Assembly: GCA_035308905.1 (NCBI GenBank)
Contig: DATGFS010000030.1
Coordinates: 139,966 to 203,965 of the forward strand
From: a bacterium
GTDB lineage: Bacteria; Sysuimicrobiota; Sysuimicrobiia; Sysuimicrobiales; Segetimicrobiaceae
Reading direction: 5' to 3'
Length of the DNA: 64,000 nt
In this document: positions 9,636 to 19,626 of the stretch, in pieces
Numbering within the stretch: position 1 is the first letter of the stretch
How the letters are laid out: each line of letters starts with the position of its first letter
Notes under the pieces: generated by a model
Told to the model about the DNA's origin: nothing
The model's database searches: none
The model's input: only the letters and a program-made list of their open reading frames with translations
Translations under genes and position numbers: made by a program

Positions 9636-10405
9636 CGGCCCTGGAACTCCGGCCGGCGCTTCTCGAGAAACGCGCGGACGCCCTCGCGCTTGTCGTCTGT
9701 GCTGAAGAGCGCCTGGAAGCACCGGCGCTCGAACACGAGGCCGGCTTCGAGCGAGGATTCGTAGGCCTGCAGCACCGCCTCTTTCGCGAGCCGGACCGCG
9801 ATCGGGGCCTGCCGCGCGATCTCCGCGGCGAGGCGCTTCGCTTCGTCCAGACACAGCTCCGGCGGCACCACCCGTGAAACGAGCCCGGCCGCGAGGGCTT
9901 CCGGCGCCGTCAGGGCACGTCCCGTCAGCACCATCTCCATGGCGCGCGACTTGCCGACCGCGCGGGTGAGCCGCTGCGTTCCTCCGGCGCCGGGCATCAG
10001 GCCGAGCCGGATCTCCGGCTGCCCAAACTGGGCGCTCTCCGAGGCGACGATGATGTCGCACAGCATCGCCAGCTCGCAGCCGCCGCCGAGCGCGTAGCCC
10101 GATACCGCGGCGATGACGGGCTTGGCGATCCGCCGGATGCGCATCCACTGCTCGAACCGGTACGCTTTGATGACGTCGGCGGTCGTCGCCTCCGCCATTT
10201 CCCGCACGTCGGCGCCGGCCGCAAACACCCGGGGACCGCCCCAGAGCACGATGCAGCGCACCGCCGCGTCGCGGTCGCAGCCTTCCAGCGTCGCGGCGAG
10301 CTCTTCCATCAATGCCTGGCTCAACGCGTTGAGCACTTCCGGCCGGTTGAGCGTGACGAGGGCGACGCCGCCGTCGAGGGTCAGCAGAACTTGGTCGCCG
10401 GCCAT
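9632..10405 (-). CDS. Enoyl-CoA hydratase (crotonase family)
   Basis: The 257-aa product reads [13 protein letters not shown]...[17 protein letters not shown]...[33 protein letters not shown]. Confidence 0.85.
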   Translation of the reverse strand: MAGDQVLLTLDGGVALVTLNRPEVLNALSQALMEELAATLEGCDRDAAVRCIVLWGGPRVFAAGADVREMAEATTADVIKAYRFEQWMRIRRIAKPVIAAVSGYALGGGCELAMLCDIIVASESAQFGQPEIRLGLMPGAGGTQRLTRAVGKSRAMEMVLTGRALTAPEALAAGLVSRVVPPELCLDEAKRLAAEIARQAPIAVRLAKEAVLQAYESSLEAGLVFERRCFQALFSTDDKREGVRAFLEKRRPEFQGR

Positions 10406-10409
10406 CAGT

Positions 10410-11039
10410 TTACTGCGGAACGAGCGTCGGCGACAGCCCGCTCTGTCGAAGGTACGTCGCGAGGCGCTCGGCCGTCGCCCGGTCGAGATAGCCGCCGACC
10501 CACACCCGATACGGCGGCCCGTCCGTGACCGTCACCGCGTAGCCGCGGGCGCGAAGCCGCAGCGCCAGGGCTTGCGCGTTCTGCAGCTCCGGGAAACCCG
10601 CCACCTGCACGTGGAATCGTCCCGGAACAACAGGCACGGTTTGGGACGGGCGCGGCGCCGGCGCCGTAGGAACCGCGCTCGGCGCAGACGGTGCGGGCAT
10701 CGGGGTCGCCGCCCCGGGCTGGGCCGCGGATTGGGCCGGCCCCCCGATACTGGACGCGCCGGCGGCCGTCTGGGCGCCCGGCACGGGCGAGGCAGGCGGG
10801 GGTGTCGCGGTTCCGGCGGCGGGCGGGGTTCGGGTGACCGGCCCGGCCGTCACTCCCCCGCCCCGGACTGCGGGGGCGGGTGGCGCGACCGCGGACCTCG
10901 ACGCGTCCGGCGATCCGGTCGCGGCCGCCCCAGGAACGTGGCGAAAGGCTCCCTTCGCGAGCAGGAACCCGGCCGCGATCGACCCGCCGAAGAGGCCGGC
11001 CGCCAGGAAGAGCATCAGGATGCCCCGGCGTACCATCAC
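10410..11039 (-). CDS. SPOR-domain protein (N-terminal TM anchor, Pro/Ala-rich linker, C-terminal peptidoglycan-binding SPOR domain)
   Basis: The 209-aa product has an N-terminal TM (ILMLFLAAGLFGGSIAAGFLLA), a P/A/T-rich low-complexity linker, and a SPOR-like C-terminus (FHVQVAGFPELQNAQALALRLRARGYAVTV...YRVWVGGYLDRATAERL). Confidence 0.7.
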   Translation of the reverse strand: MMVRRGILMLFLAAGLFGGSIAAGFLLAKGAFRHVPGAAATGSPDASRSAVAPPAPAVRGGGVTAGPVTRTPPAAGTATPPPASPVPGAQTAAGASSIGGPAQSAAQPGAATPMPAPSAPSAVPTAPAPRPSQTVPVVPGRFHVQVAGFPELQNAQALALRLRARGYAVTVTDGPPYRVWVGGYLDRATAERLATYLRQSGLSPTLVPQ

Positions 11040-11103
11040 AGCACCCCCCTGTTCGCGGCCCCGACGCGAACCCTCCTGCCCCCGGCGGGCCGGTTGTCGC
11101 CGC

Positions 11104-12090
11104 TCAACGGATCACGCGGTGGTAGCGGTGATACGCCATCAGCAGGATGCCGCCGGCGACCAGCACCGCGTAGTAGGACACGATGCGATCGATCAGGACG
11201 CCGCTGCGGGCGACGGCGGTGGCGACCGCGTGCGGGGCGAGCACGGCGATGAGCCCCGCCTGCGAGACTTCCGTCACGCCCACCCCGCCCGGGACGAGCA
11301 GGGCCATCCCGAGAATCATGGCGCCGACGTAGGTGAAGACGAGGACCTGGGGCGGCAGCGCAACGCGGAGCGCCCCGAAGACCGCGATGACGCGCGCGAA
11401 GTCGAGGGCGATGCCGAGCGCGGTCAACGCGAGCAGCGCGCCCAAGGTGTGCCGGCGGCGCGAGACGGCAATGCTCGTACAGAGGAGATCGACGAACGCC
11501 AGCGCCCGGTTGCGGAGCGCGCGAAACGGCACGCCGCGAAGCAGCACGGCCGCGCCCGCCCGGACGTGATCCGGCGCCCCGGCGAGCAGCGCCGTGCCGA
11601 GAACGATCACCGCGATCAGCACCGGCAGCGCCGTGTTCGCGAGGACCGTCTGCCGCGGCAACATGACCGCGGCAAGCAGCAGGCCCGCGACGAGCGCGAC
11701 GATGTCGAGCAGCCGCTCGATCAGCATCGCCGACACGGACAGCCCGAGCCCGACGCCGTACGCATCGCGGAGCATGACGGCCTTGGCCAGTTCGAAGCTC
11801 CGCCCGGGCGTCATGCTGCCGGCCGCGACTCCGCAGACGACCGACACCGCGGCGAACCGCCCCGAGATTGTGGTATCCGTCAGGCGGCGGACCATATACC
11901 GCCACCGCACGGCCCGGACCACGATCTGCGCCGGCACCGCCAGCACCGCGAGGGCGAAGAGGAACGGCCGGACGTCCCGCAGCGCGCGGACGGCCGCCTG
12001 CAGATTCGTCGTCGCGCCGAAGAGGACCAGGATGACGACGCCGCCGGCCGAGAGCGCGTAGGTGATCCAGCGCGCCGACGGATGGGTCAT
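11104..12090 (-). CDS. Lysylphosphatidylglycerol-synthase-TM-region / flippase-like (UPF0104) membrane protein
   Basis: The C-terminal 328 aa of ORF 11104..13536 (start MTHPSARWITYALSAGGVVILVLFG) form a polytopic membrane protein with the UPF0104 pattern. The upstream part of the ORF overlaps valS and is treated as artifact. Confidence 0.65.
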   Translation of the reverse strand: MTHPSARWITYALSAGGVVILVLFGATTNLQAAVRALRDVRPFLFALAVLAVPAQIVVRAVRWRYMVRRLTDTTISGRFAAVSVVCGVAAGSMTPGRSFELAKAVMLRDAYGVGLGLSVSAMLIERLLDIVALVAGLLLAAVMLPRQTVLANTALPVLIAVIVLGTALLAGAPDHVRAGAAVLLRGVPFRALRNRALAFVDLLCTSIAVSRRRHTLGALLALTALGIALDFARVIAVFGALRVALPPQVLVFTYVGAMILGMALLVPGGVGVTEVSQAGLIAVLAPHAVATAVARSGVLIDRIVSYYAVLVAGGILLMAYHRYHRVIR

Positions 12091-12149
12091 CGCGCGGGCC
12101 GGCGCCGGCGGCGCCGCGGCGGCGATGGGGGCGCCCGACTCGGTCGGAC

Positions 12150-14933
12150 TCACCGCGGCCTCACGCCGCCGGACCCCGGCGGTGCGGGGCGGGACGGCGG
12201 GGCAAGATCGGCCAGATACCGGCGCAGCGTCCCGCGCCGCTCCACGAGGCCCTGCGCCCGCGCGCGGTCCGCGGCCACGACCTCCGCCGGCGCCTTCTGC
12301 ACGAACGCGGGATCCTCGAGCCGCCGGGTGACCCCGGCGAGGTCTCGCTCCAGCAAGGTCAGCTGTTTCTCGAACCGCTCCCGCGCCTTGGCGCGCAACT
12401 CGGGCGCCTCGACGTGGATCTCGATCCGGCCCCGCCCGTACGGCGAGGAGATGCCGAACGCTCCGTGCTCGTCGAGGCCCCGCACGGGCAGCCGGTCCGG
12501 ATCCAGGCGAACGAGGTGGGCGAGGTACGGCCGCAGGCGGTCCACCCGCTCGCGGTCGCCGTCGGCAACGTGGAGCGAGGCGTCCACCGGCTGTGTGGCA
12601 AGACCCAGTTCCGCGCGGATGCCGCGTACCGCGCCCGCGATCTCCATCACCTCGGCCATCGCGGTCTCGGCCGCCGCGTCGCGCCACGCATCCGGCGGCT
12701 CGGGCCACGGCGCCCGCATGACCGTCTCGCCCTCGTGCGGCAGCGCCTGCCAGATTTCTTCCGTGATCGCCGGCATCACCGGGTGCAGCAGGGCCATCGT
12801 CTGTCCGAGCACCCAGCCGAGGACGTGGCGCGTCTCCGCGGCCGGCTGCTCGGCGGCCCGCTCCAAATCCACCTTCGCCATCTCGAGGTACCAGTCGCAG
12901 AACTCGCTCCAGATGAACTCGTACAGCCGGTGGCACGCCGTGTGAAACTCGTAGGCCTCGAGGGCCGCGGTGACGTCGGAGGCGGCGCGCGCGAACCGGT
13001 CGAGGATCCAGCGGTTGGGCAGCGTCCGCGCGCCCCGCGGGCGGCCGGCCGGCACGTCGTGCCCCTCGAGGTGCAGGCGCGCGAGCCGGGCGGCGTTCCA
13101 GATTTTGTTGGCGAAGTTGCGGGTGTCCTCGACCATCTTCTCGGAGAAGCGCAGATCCTGCTCCCCCGTGCAGCGGTTGAGGAGCGCGAACCGCAGCGAA
13201 TCGGCGCCGTAGCGGTCGATCAGCAGCAGCGGGTCCATCCCGGTGCCGAGGCTCTTGCTCATCCGCCGGCCCTCGATGTTGAGCACGGTCGGGTTGATGT
13301 AGACGTCCGTGAACGGGATCTCGTGGCGCAGCTCCAGGCCGAACATGATCATGCGCGCCACCCACAGGAAGATGATGTCGCGCGCCGTCGCCAGCGTGTT
13401 CGTCGGATAGAAGTACTCGAGATCGGCGGTCTCGTCGGGCCACCCCAGCGTCGCCATCGGCCACAGCGCCGAGCTGAACCAGGTGTCGAGAACGTCCGGA
13501 TCCCGCGTGAGCTCCGTGCCGCCGCACTTCGGACACGACTTCGGGCGCTCGATGCCGGCGATCATCTCACCGCACTCACAGTGCCACATCGGGATCTGGT
13601 GCCCCCACCACAGCTGCCGGCTGATGTTCCAGTCCCGGATCTGGTCCATCCAATCAAGGAAAAACTTGGTCCAGCGCCCGGGATGAAACCGGACCCGTCC
13701 GTCGCGCACCGCCCCGATCGCCGGGGCGGCGAGTGCTTTCATCCGGCAGAACCACTGGTCGGAGATGTACGGTTCGATCGTCGTCTTGCAGCGGTCGCAC
13801 CGGCCGATGTTCGTCGTGTACGGCTCCTCGCGCACCAGCAGGCCGGCGGACCGGAGGTCATCCACGGCCGCCTGCCGCGCCTCCATCCGGTCGAGGCCCT
13901 CGTAGCGCGGGCCGCCCATGGTCATCCGGCCGTGGGGATCGAACGCGATCAGGACGGGCAGCTTGTGGTCCACGCCGATCTCGTAGTCGAGCAGATCGTG
14001 GCCCGGGGTGATCTTCACCGCGCCCGTGCCGAAGCCGCGCTCGACACGGCGGTCGGCGATCACCGGCACGGGGCGGTTCACGATCGGCACGACGACCTGC
14101 GTGCCCACCAGTTTCTTGTAGCGTTCGTCGCCGGGATGCACCGCCACGGCGACATCGGCGAGGATCGTCTCCGGCCGCTGCGTGGCGATCACGACACCGT
14201 CGTCCCCGCCGGCGCCGGGATACCGCACGTAATACAGGGTGCTCTGCTCCTCAACGTACTCCACTTCCAGGTCCGAGATGCTCGTCTGGTCCTTCGGGCA
14301 CCAGTTGATCATCCGCTTGCCCTTGTAGATGAAGCCTTTGTTGTACAGGCGGATGAAACACTCCGCCACCGCGCGCGAGTACCCCGGATCCATCGTGAAG
14401 ATGGTGCGCTTCCAGTCGCACGAGAGCAGCAGGCGCCGCATCTGACCGAGGATGGCCTGGCCGATCTCCTCGCGCCACTTCCACGTCTCTTCGAGGAACC
14501 GCTCGCGGCCGAGCGAGAACCGTGTGAGGCCCTCTTTGGCCAGCCGCCGATCCATCACCACGTGCACGGCGATGCCCGCGTGATCCATCCCCGGCTGGTA
14601 CAGCGCGTTGTGGCCGCGCATGCGGCTCCAGCGGATCAGGCAGTCCTGCACGCCGTTGTTGAGCGCGTGGCCCATGTGCAGTTCGCCGGTCACGTTGGGC
14701 AGCGGCATCATGATCGTGTACGGCCGGCGCGACGGGTCGGGAACGGCGCGGAAGTAGCCGCGCGCGTCCCAGGTTCGGTACCAGCGCTCCTCGGTCGCCG
14801 CCGGATCGTACGTCTTCGGCAGCTCCGCCCCGTCTTCGCGGGATCCCCGAGCGCCTTCGCGCCCTCCTGCCCCGTCTGCGCGGGACCTCCGGCCGCCTTC
14901 GCGCCCTCCTGCCGTCTTCGGTCCGTCCGCCAT
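12150..14933 (-). CDS. valS: Valine--tRNA ligase (ValS)
   Basis: The 927-aa product has the HMGH and KMSKS motifs (ELHMGHALN...RMSKSLGTG), an editing domain and a C-terminal coiled coil. The true start may be downstream of 14933: the first ~38 codons (AGGREGGRRSRADGAGGREGARGSREDG) are encoded by two copies of a dispersed repeat. Confidence 0.93.
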   Translation of the reverse strand: MADGPKTAGGREGGRRSRADGAGGREGARGSREDGAELPKTYDPAATEERWYRTWDARGYFRAVPDPSRRPYTIMMPLPNVTGELHMGHALNNGVQDCLIRWSRMRGHNALYQPGMDHAGIAVHVVMDRRLAKEGLTRFSLGRERFLEETWKWREEIGQAILGQMRRLLLSCDWKRTIFTMDPGYSRAVAECFIRLYNKGFIYKGKRMINWCPKDQTSISDLEVEYVEEQSTLYYVRYPGAGGDDGVVIATQRPETILADVAVAVHPGDERYKKLVGTQVVVPIVNRPVPVIADRRVERGFGTGAVKITPGHDLLDYEIGVDHKLPVLIAFDPHGRMTMGGPRYEGLDRMEARQAAVDDLRSAGLLVREEPYTTNIGRCDRCKTTIEPYISDQWFCRMKALAAPAIGAVRDGRVRFHPGRWTKFFLDWMDQIRDWNISRQLWWGHQIPMWHCECGEMIAGIERPKSCPKCGGTELTRDPDVLDTWFSSALWPMATLGWPDETADLEYFYPTNTLATARDIIFLWVARMIMFGLELRHEIPFTDVYINPTVLNIEGRRMSKSLGTGMDPLLLIDRYGADSLRFALLNRCTGEQDLRFSEKMVEDTRNFANKIWNAARLARLHLEGHDVPAGRPRGARTLPNRWILDRFARAASDVTAALEAYEFHTACHRLYEFIWSEFCDWYLEMAKVDLERAAEQPAAETRHVLGWVLGQTMALLHPVMPAITEEIWQALPHEGETVMRAPWPEPPDAWRDAAAETAMAEVMEIAGAVRGIRAELGLATQPVDASLHVADGDRERVDRLRPYLAHLVRLDPDRLPVRGLDEHGAFGISSPYGRGRIEIHVEAPELRAKARERFEKQLTLLERDLAGVTRRLEDPAFVQKAPAEVVAADRARAQGLVERRGTLRRYLADLAPPSRPAPPGSGGVRPR
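14828..14921. repeat. Two tandem copies (plus the start of a third) of a 42-nt GC-rich dispersed repeat (cccgtctgcgcgggacctccggccgccttcgcgccctcctgc) inside the valS 5' region
   Basis: Seen directly: 14828-14870 and 14871-14912 are about 88% identical to each other. Related copies occur at 35191-35234 and, inverted, at 30003-30067. Confidence 0.8.
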
Positions 14934-15250
14934 CCAGCCCGCCCCCTGCCCGTCTCGCGCCCTGGCTCACGCCGTAGGCCCAGGGCCTTCCGGCCGCCAT
15001 CCGGCGGCCTCCTGTAACATCAACGCCGCCTCACCCCAAAGGGCGAAGCGGCGCTTCGCGGTACCACCTTCATCCCACGGCCCGAAGGGGCCGCGGCTCG
15101 ACGCGCTGTCTCGGGCGCACCCGGCGAATCCGCGGCGTCAGGACGCCCCGTCTGGCGCGGGGCGAACGGCCGACGATCCGCTGCTCAGGGGCGACGTTCG
15201 GTTCGTGCGGCCCGGGGAGCTCTCACCAACCCTCCCCTCGCTTCGGACGC
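14934..15250 (-). promoter_or_regulatory. Putative T-box riboswitch leader of valS
   Basis: The minus strand reads GGTGGTACCGCG (plus-strand coordinates 15057-15068), the conserved core of the T-box motif (AGGGUGGNACCGCG). It is followed by an imperfect GC-rich hairpin (15025-15052) and a U-rich stretch about 80 nt upstream of the valS ORF. T-box control of aminoacyl-tRNA synthetase genes is established in Firmicutes, Actinobacteria and Chloroflexi. Confidence 0.45.
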
Positions 15251-15318
15251 CGCTCGGACCTACTCCTCCCCGTCCTCGCGTTTGCGTTGCGCGTATTATA
15301 ACATATCAGGAGATTCCC

Positions 15319-18300
15319 ATGGCTCTCCACCGCTTCCATCCACTCGTCGCGGAGTGGTTCGCCGAACGGTTCGGCGCGCCGACACCGGCGCAGGCCGGCG
15401 GCTGGCCGGCGATCGCGTCCGGCCGCGACACGCTCATCGCCGCGCCCACCGGATCGGGCAAGACGCTCGCCGGCTTTTTGTGGGCCGTCAACGCCCTGCT
15501 GCTCGAAGGGATGCGGGGCGCCGGCGGTCATCTGCCCGACGAGACGGCGGTTGTGTATGTCTCGCCCCTCAAGGCGCTCGGCAACGACGTCCACGCCAAC
15601 CTCGTCGGTCCTCTCGCCGAGATTCGCGAGCGGGCCGCCGCCGCGGGTGCGGTCCTGCCCGAAATCCGCGTCGCGGTTCGCTCCGGCGACACGCCGGCCG
15701 CCGACCGCGCGCGGATGCGCCGCCGGCCGCCGCACATCCTGATCACAACGCCGGAGTCGCTCTACATCCTGCTGACCGCGGACGGCAGCCGGACGTTTCT
15801 CAAGCATGCCCGCACGGTCATCGTGGACGAGATTCACGCGGTTGCGCAGGACAAGCGCGGGGCGCACCTCACGCTTTCGCTCGAGCGGCTCGACCGCCTG
15901 GCGGGACGGCGCCTCCAGCGCATCGGGTTGAGCGCGACGCAGAAACCCGTCGAGGAGATCGGCCGGCTGCTCACCGGCACCGCCGGCGACTGCGCGATCG
16001 TCGACGCCGGCCACCGCCGCCCGTGGGACCTGTCCATCGAGGTGCCCGGCCCGCCGCGGGGACCGATCGTCGCGAACGACGTGCGGGACGCCGTCTACGA
16101 CCGGCTCGCCGCGCTCGCGCAGAGCCACCGGACCACGCTGGTGTTCGTGAACACCCGGCGGCTGGCGGAGCGGGTCGCCCATCAGCTCGGCCAGCGCCTC
16201 GGCGAGTCGCAGGTGGCCGCGCACCACGGCAGCCTCTCGCGGCGCCTCCGGCTCGACGCGGAGCGCCGGCTCAAGAGCGGGGAGCTGCGCGTCGTCGTGG
16301 CGACCGCCTCGCTCGAGCTTGGCATCGACATCGGCCACGTCGATCTCGTCTGCCATCTCGGCACGCCATCGTCGATCGCCGTCCTCCTCCAGCGCGTCGG
16401 CCGGGCCGGGCACACGGTGGGCGGCGTCTCCCGCGGCATCCTCTTCCCGTTCACGCGAGACGAGATGCTGCAGTGCGCCGCGGCGGTGCGCGCCGCCCGG
16501 GCGGGGGAGCTCGACACGGTCGTGCTGCCCGAGAAACCGCTCGACGTCCTCGCGCAGCAGATGGTGGCGGTGGCCGCCGCCGAGGAGATTGCCGAGGACG
16601 AGTTGTACGCGCTCGTCCGGCGCGCGCACGCCTATCGCGATCTCGGCCGGCCGGAGTTCGACCAGCTCGTCGACATGCTGGCCGAAGGCGTCGCGCGGCG
16701 GTGGGGCCGCGGGGCCGCGTATCTTCACCGCGACCGCACCCGCGGGACGGTGCGGGGCCGCCGGGGCGCGCGCCTCGCCGCGATCACCTCGGGCGGCGCC
16801 ATTCCGGACACGGCCGATTACGACGTGATCCACGATCCCGAAGGCGTGCTCGTCGGCCGGGTCAACGAAGACTTCGCGGTCGAGAGCATGGCGGGCGACG
16901 TCTTCCTGCTCGGCAACACGTCGTGGCGCATCCGCCGCGTGGAGGCCGGGCGCGTCCGGGTGGAAGACGCCCACGGCGCGCCCCCGTCGGTGCCGTTCTG
17001 GCTCGGCGAATCGCCCGGCCGCAGCCGCGAGTTGTCGGCCGCGGTGTCGGCGCTGCGCGCGGCGATCGAGGCGCGGCTCGGCGATCCGGCCGCGGCGCAG
17101 GAGTGGCTCAGCCGCGAGACCGCCCTCGACGCCGACGGCGCGGCCCAGGCCGTCCAGTACCTCACCGAGACGCGCGCCGCCCTCGGCGGCGTGCCGGCGC
17201 AGGACTGGATCGTCGCCGAACGCTTCTTTGACGAAGCCGGCGGCATGCAGCTCGTTCTGCACACGCCGTTCGGCGCGCGGATCAACCGCGCGTGGGGCTT
17301 CGCATTGCGCAAGCGCTTCTGCCTGACGTTCGATTTCGAATTGCAGGCGGCGGCCACGGACGACGGCATCGTGCTGTCGCTCGGCCCGCAACACAGTTTT
17401 CCGCTGGAGACGGTGTTTCATTTCGTCCGGCCGGCGATGCTGCGCGACGACATCATTCAGGCGGTGCTCCCCTCGCCGCTGTTCACCACCCGGTGGCGGT
17501 GGAACGCGGCCCGCTCACTCGCCGTCCCGCGGTACCAGGGCGGCCGGCGCGTGCCGATGCCGATCCAGCGCATGCGCGCCGAGGATCTGCTCGCCGCGGT
17601 CTTTCCCGATCAGGTCGCGTGTCAGGACAACCATGCCGGGCCGATCACCCCGCCCGACCACCCGCTCGTCAACGAGACGATCGGCAACTGCCTCAACGAG
17701 GCCATGGACATGGCCGGGCTCGCGGCGGTGCTCGGGGAGATGGAGCGCGGCGCGATCCGTACCGCCGCCGTGGAGACCCCGGCGCCTTCACCGATCTCGC
17801 ACGAGATCCTGAACGCCAACCCGTACGCCTTTCTCGACGACGCGCCGCTCGAGGAGCGCCGCGCCCGCGCGGTCGCGCTGCGGCACGTCGGCCCCGGCGC
17901 CTCGGACGGACCGGGCGTACTTGACGCGGCCGCGATCGCCGACGTTGCCGCTCAGGCCTGGCCCGACATCCGCGGCGCCGACGATCTGCACGACCACCTG
18001 CTCACCGTGCGCCTCCTGCCGCTCGAGGATGCGGCGCCGTGGGACGCGCAGGCGCGCACGCTCGCGGCGGATCGGCGCGCCACCGTGGCCGTATGGCACG
18101 ACGCTTTCGGGCGCGAGCGCCGGGCCTATGTCGCGGCCGATCGGGCGCCCGACGTGGCTCGGGCCCTCGGCGAGGTGCGCTTCGAGCCCGAGCCGCCGCC
18201 GCTCGGCGTGACGCCGGACGATCTCGAACCGTCCGAAGCCGCGCGGCTGATCGTTCACGGCTGGGTGCAGTGCGTCGGACCGTTCACGTCCGCGGCGCTC

Positions 18301-19626
18301 GCCGCGCGCCTCGGCCTCTCGCACGGATCCGTGGAGACCGCGCTGGCCGCGCTCGAGGGGAGCGGCGTAATCTTGCGTGGGCGGTTCACCCCCGGGACGG
18401 CGGACGAGGAGTGGTGCGACCGGCGCCTCCTCGCGCGGATTCACCGGCTCACCCTCGGGCGGCTCCGGCGTGAGATCGACGCGGTCTCCCCGGCGACGTT
18501 CATGCGCTTCCTCCTGCGCTGGCAGCATCTTCAGCCCGGGACCCAACTGCACGGACGGGACGGTGTCGCGGAGGTCGTGGGAATTCTCCAGGGCCTCGAA
18601 GTGCCGGCCCCGGCCTGGGACGAGCACGTCCTCCCCGGCCGGGTGCGCCTGTACGATCCGGAGGATCTCAACGCGCTCTGCCTCAACGGTCTCGTCACCT
18701 GGGGACGTCTGAGCGCCGGCCCGACCGCGGGCCCGAGCGGCGAGGGCGCGCCGAACGGGACCCCGGCCAAGCGCGGGACGTCGCTGTCGCGGTCGGCGCC
18801 GATCGCGCTTCTGCTGCGCGAAGACCTCGGCGCGTTCGTCGAGCCGGACGGAGGCGGGCACGGCGATGCGGCCCTGCGCGGCGCGGCGGCCGACGTGTTC
18901 CGATATCTCGCGGAGCGGGGCGCTTCGTTTTTGACCGACGTCGCGCGCGGGATCGGCCGCATGCCCGCCGACACCGAGACGGCGCTCTGGGAGTTGGTCG
19001 CGAAGGGCCTCGTCAGCGGCGACGGGTTCGCGGGATTGCGCCGGCTCATCGACCGGAGCGATCCGAATCGCCGCCGCCGGTACCTTCAAATCAACATCGG
19101 GCACGTGGGGCGTCCTGCGCGGCGCGCGCTGCCGGCCGGCCGGTGGGCCGTCTGGCGGCCGGGCGACATCGCGCTGAAGCCGGACGAGCGCGACGCGGTC
19201 GTGGCCCGTCAGCTCCTCCGCCGGTACGGCGTCGTGTTCAGAGATCTCCTCGCCCGCGAGCGGGCGCTGCCGCCGTGGCGGCGGCTGCTTGACGTCTACC
19301 GGCGCTGGGAAGCGCAGGGCCAGGTGCGCGGGGGGCGCTTTGTCGCCGGCGTCGCGGGAGAGCAATACGCGCTGCCGGGCGCGGTCGAGACGCTGCGGGC
19401 CGTGCGTCGCGAGCCCGACGAGACGGCCGACGTGGTGATCTCGGCGGCGGATCCGCTCAACTTGGCCGGCATCCTCCTGCCGGGCGAGCGCATCTCTCCC
19501 CTGTCCGGCCTCGCGATTGTCCTTCGCAACGGCGTGATCGCGGACACCGGGCCGTACGGCGCGCTCCTGGCGAGCCGGCGGGCCGCAGCGGAGATGGCGG
19601 CCCGGACCGCGGCGCCCGCGTCGTGA
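15319..19626 (+). CDS. lhr: ATP-dependent helicase Lhr (large helicase-related protein, DEAD/DEAH SF2 core plus C-terminal domains)
   Basis: The product is about 1435 aa and begins HPLVAEWFAERFGAPTPAQAGGWPAIASGRDTLIAAPTGSGKTLAGFL, followed by DEIH and SATQ motifs and a long C-terminal region. The start is the ATG at 15319, preceded by GGAG. Confidence 0.9.
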   Translation: MALHRFHPLVAEWFAERFGAPTPAQAGGWPAIASGRDTLIAAPTGSGKTLAGFLWAVNALLLEGMRGAGGHLPDETAVVYVSPLKALGNDVHANLVGPLAEIRERAAAAGAVLPEIRVAVRSGDTPAADRARMRRRPPHILITTPESLYILLTADGSRTFLKHARTVIVDEIHAVAQDKRGAHLTLSLERLDRLAGRRLQRIGLSATQKPVEEIGRLLTGTAGDCAIVDAGHRRPWDLSIEVPGPPRGPIVANDVRDAVYDRLAALAQSHRTTLVFVNTRRLAERVAHQLGQRLGESQVAAHHGSLSRRLRLDAERRLKSGELRVVVATASLELGIDIGHVDLVCHLGTPSSIAVLLQRVGRAGHTVGGVSRGILFPFTRDEMLQCAAAVRAARAGELDTVVLPEKPLDVLAQQMVAVAAAEEIAEDELYALVRRAHAYRDLGRPEFDQLVDMLAEGVARRWGRGAAYLHRDRTRGTVRGRRGARLAAITSGGAIPDTADYDVIHDPEGVLVGRVNEDFAVESMAGDVFLLGNTSWRIRRVEAGRVRVEDAHGAPPSVPFWLGESPGRSRELSAAVSALRAAIEARLGDPAAAQEWLSRETALDADGAAQAVQYLTETRAALGGVPAQDWIVAERFFDEAGGMQLVLHTPFGARINRAWGFALRKRFCLTFDFELQAAATDDGIVLSLGPQHSFPLETVFHFVRPAMLRDDIIQAVLPSPLFTTRWRWNAARSLAVPRYQGGRRVPMPIQRMRAEDLLAAVFPDQVACQDNHAGPITPPDHPLVNETIGNCLNEAMDMAGLAAVLGEMERGAIRTAAVETPAPSPISHEILNANPYAFLDDAPLEERRARAVALRHVGPGASDGPGVLDAAAIADVAAQAWPDIRGADDLHDHLLTVRLLPLEDAAPWDAQARTLAADRRATVAVWHDAFGRERRAYVAADRAPDVARALGEVRFEPEPPPLGVTPDDLEPSEAARLIVHGWVQCVGPFTSAALAARLGLSHGSVETALAALEGSGVILRGRFTPGTADEEWCDRRLLARIHRLTLGRLRREIDAVSPATFMRFLLRWQHLQPGTQLHGRDGVAEVVGILQGLEVPAPAWDEHVLPGRVRLYDPEDLNALCLNGLVTWGRLSAGPTAGPSGEGAPNGTPAKRGTSLSRSAPIALLLREDLGAFVEPDGGGHGDAALRGAAADVFRYLAERGASFLTDVARGIGRMPADTETALWELVAKGLVSGDGFAGLRRLIDRSDPNRRRRYLQINIGHVGRPARRALPAGRWAVWRPGDIALKPDERDAVVARQLLRRYGVVFRDLLARERALPPWRRLLDVYRRWEAQGQVRGGRFVAGVAGEQYALPGAVETLRAVRREPDETADVVISAADPLNLAGILLPGERISPLSGLAIVLRNGVIADTGPYGALLASRRAAAEMAARTAAPAS

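Noticed and set aside
10113-12945. Plus-strand ORFs of 379 aa and 703 aa over the SPOR / flippase-like / valS region
   Set aside because: They are low-complexity Arg/Asp/Gly-rich antisense frames with no domain features.
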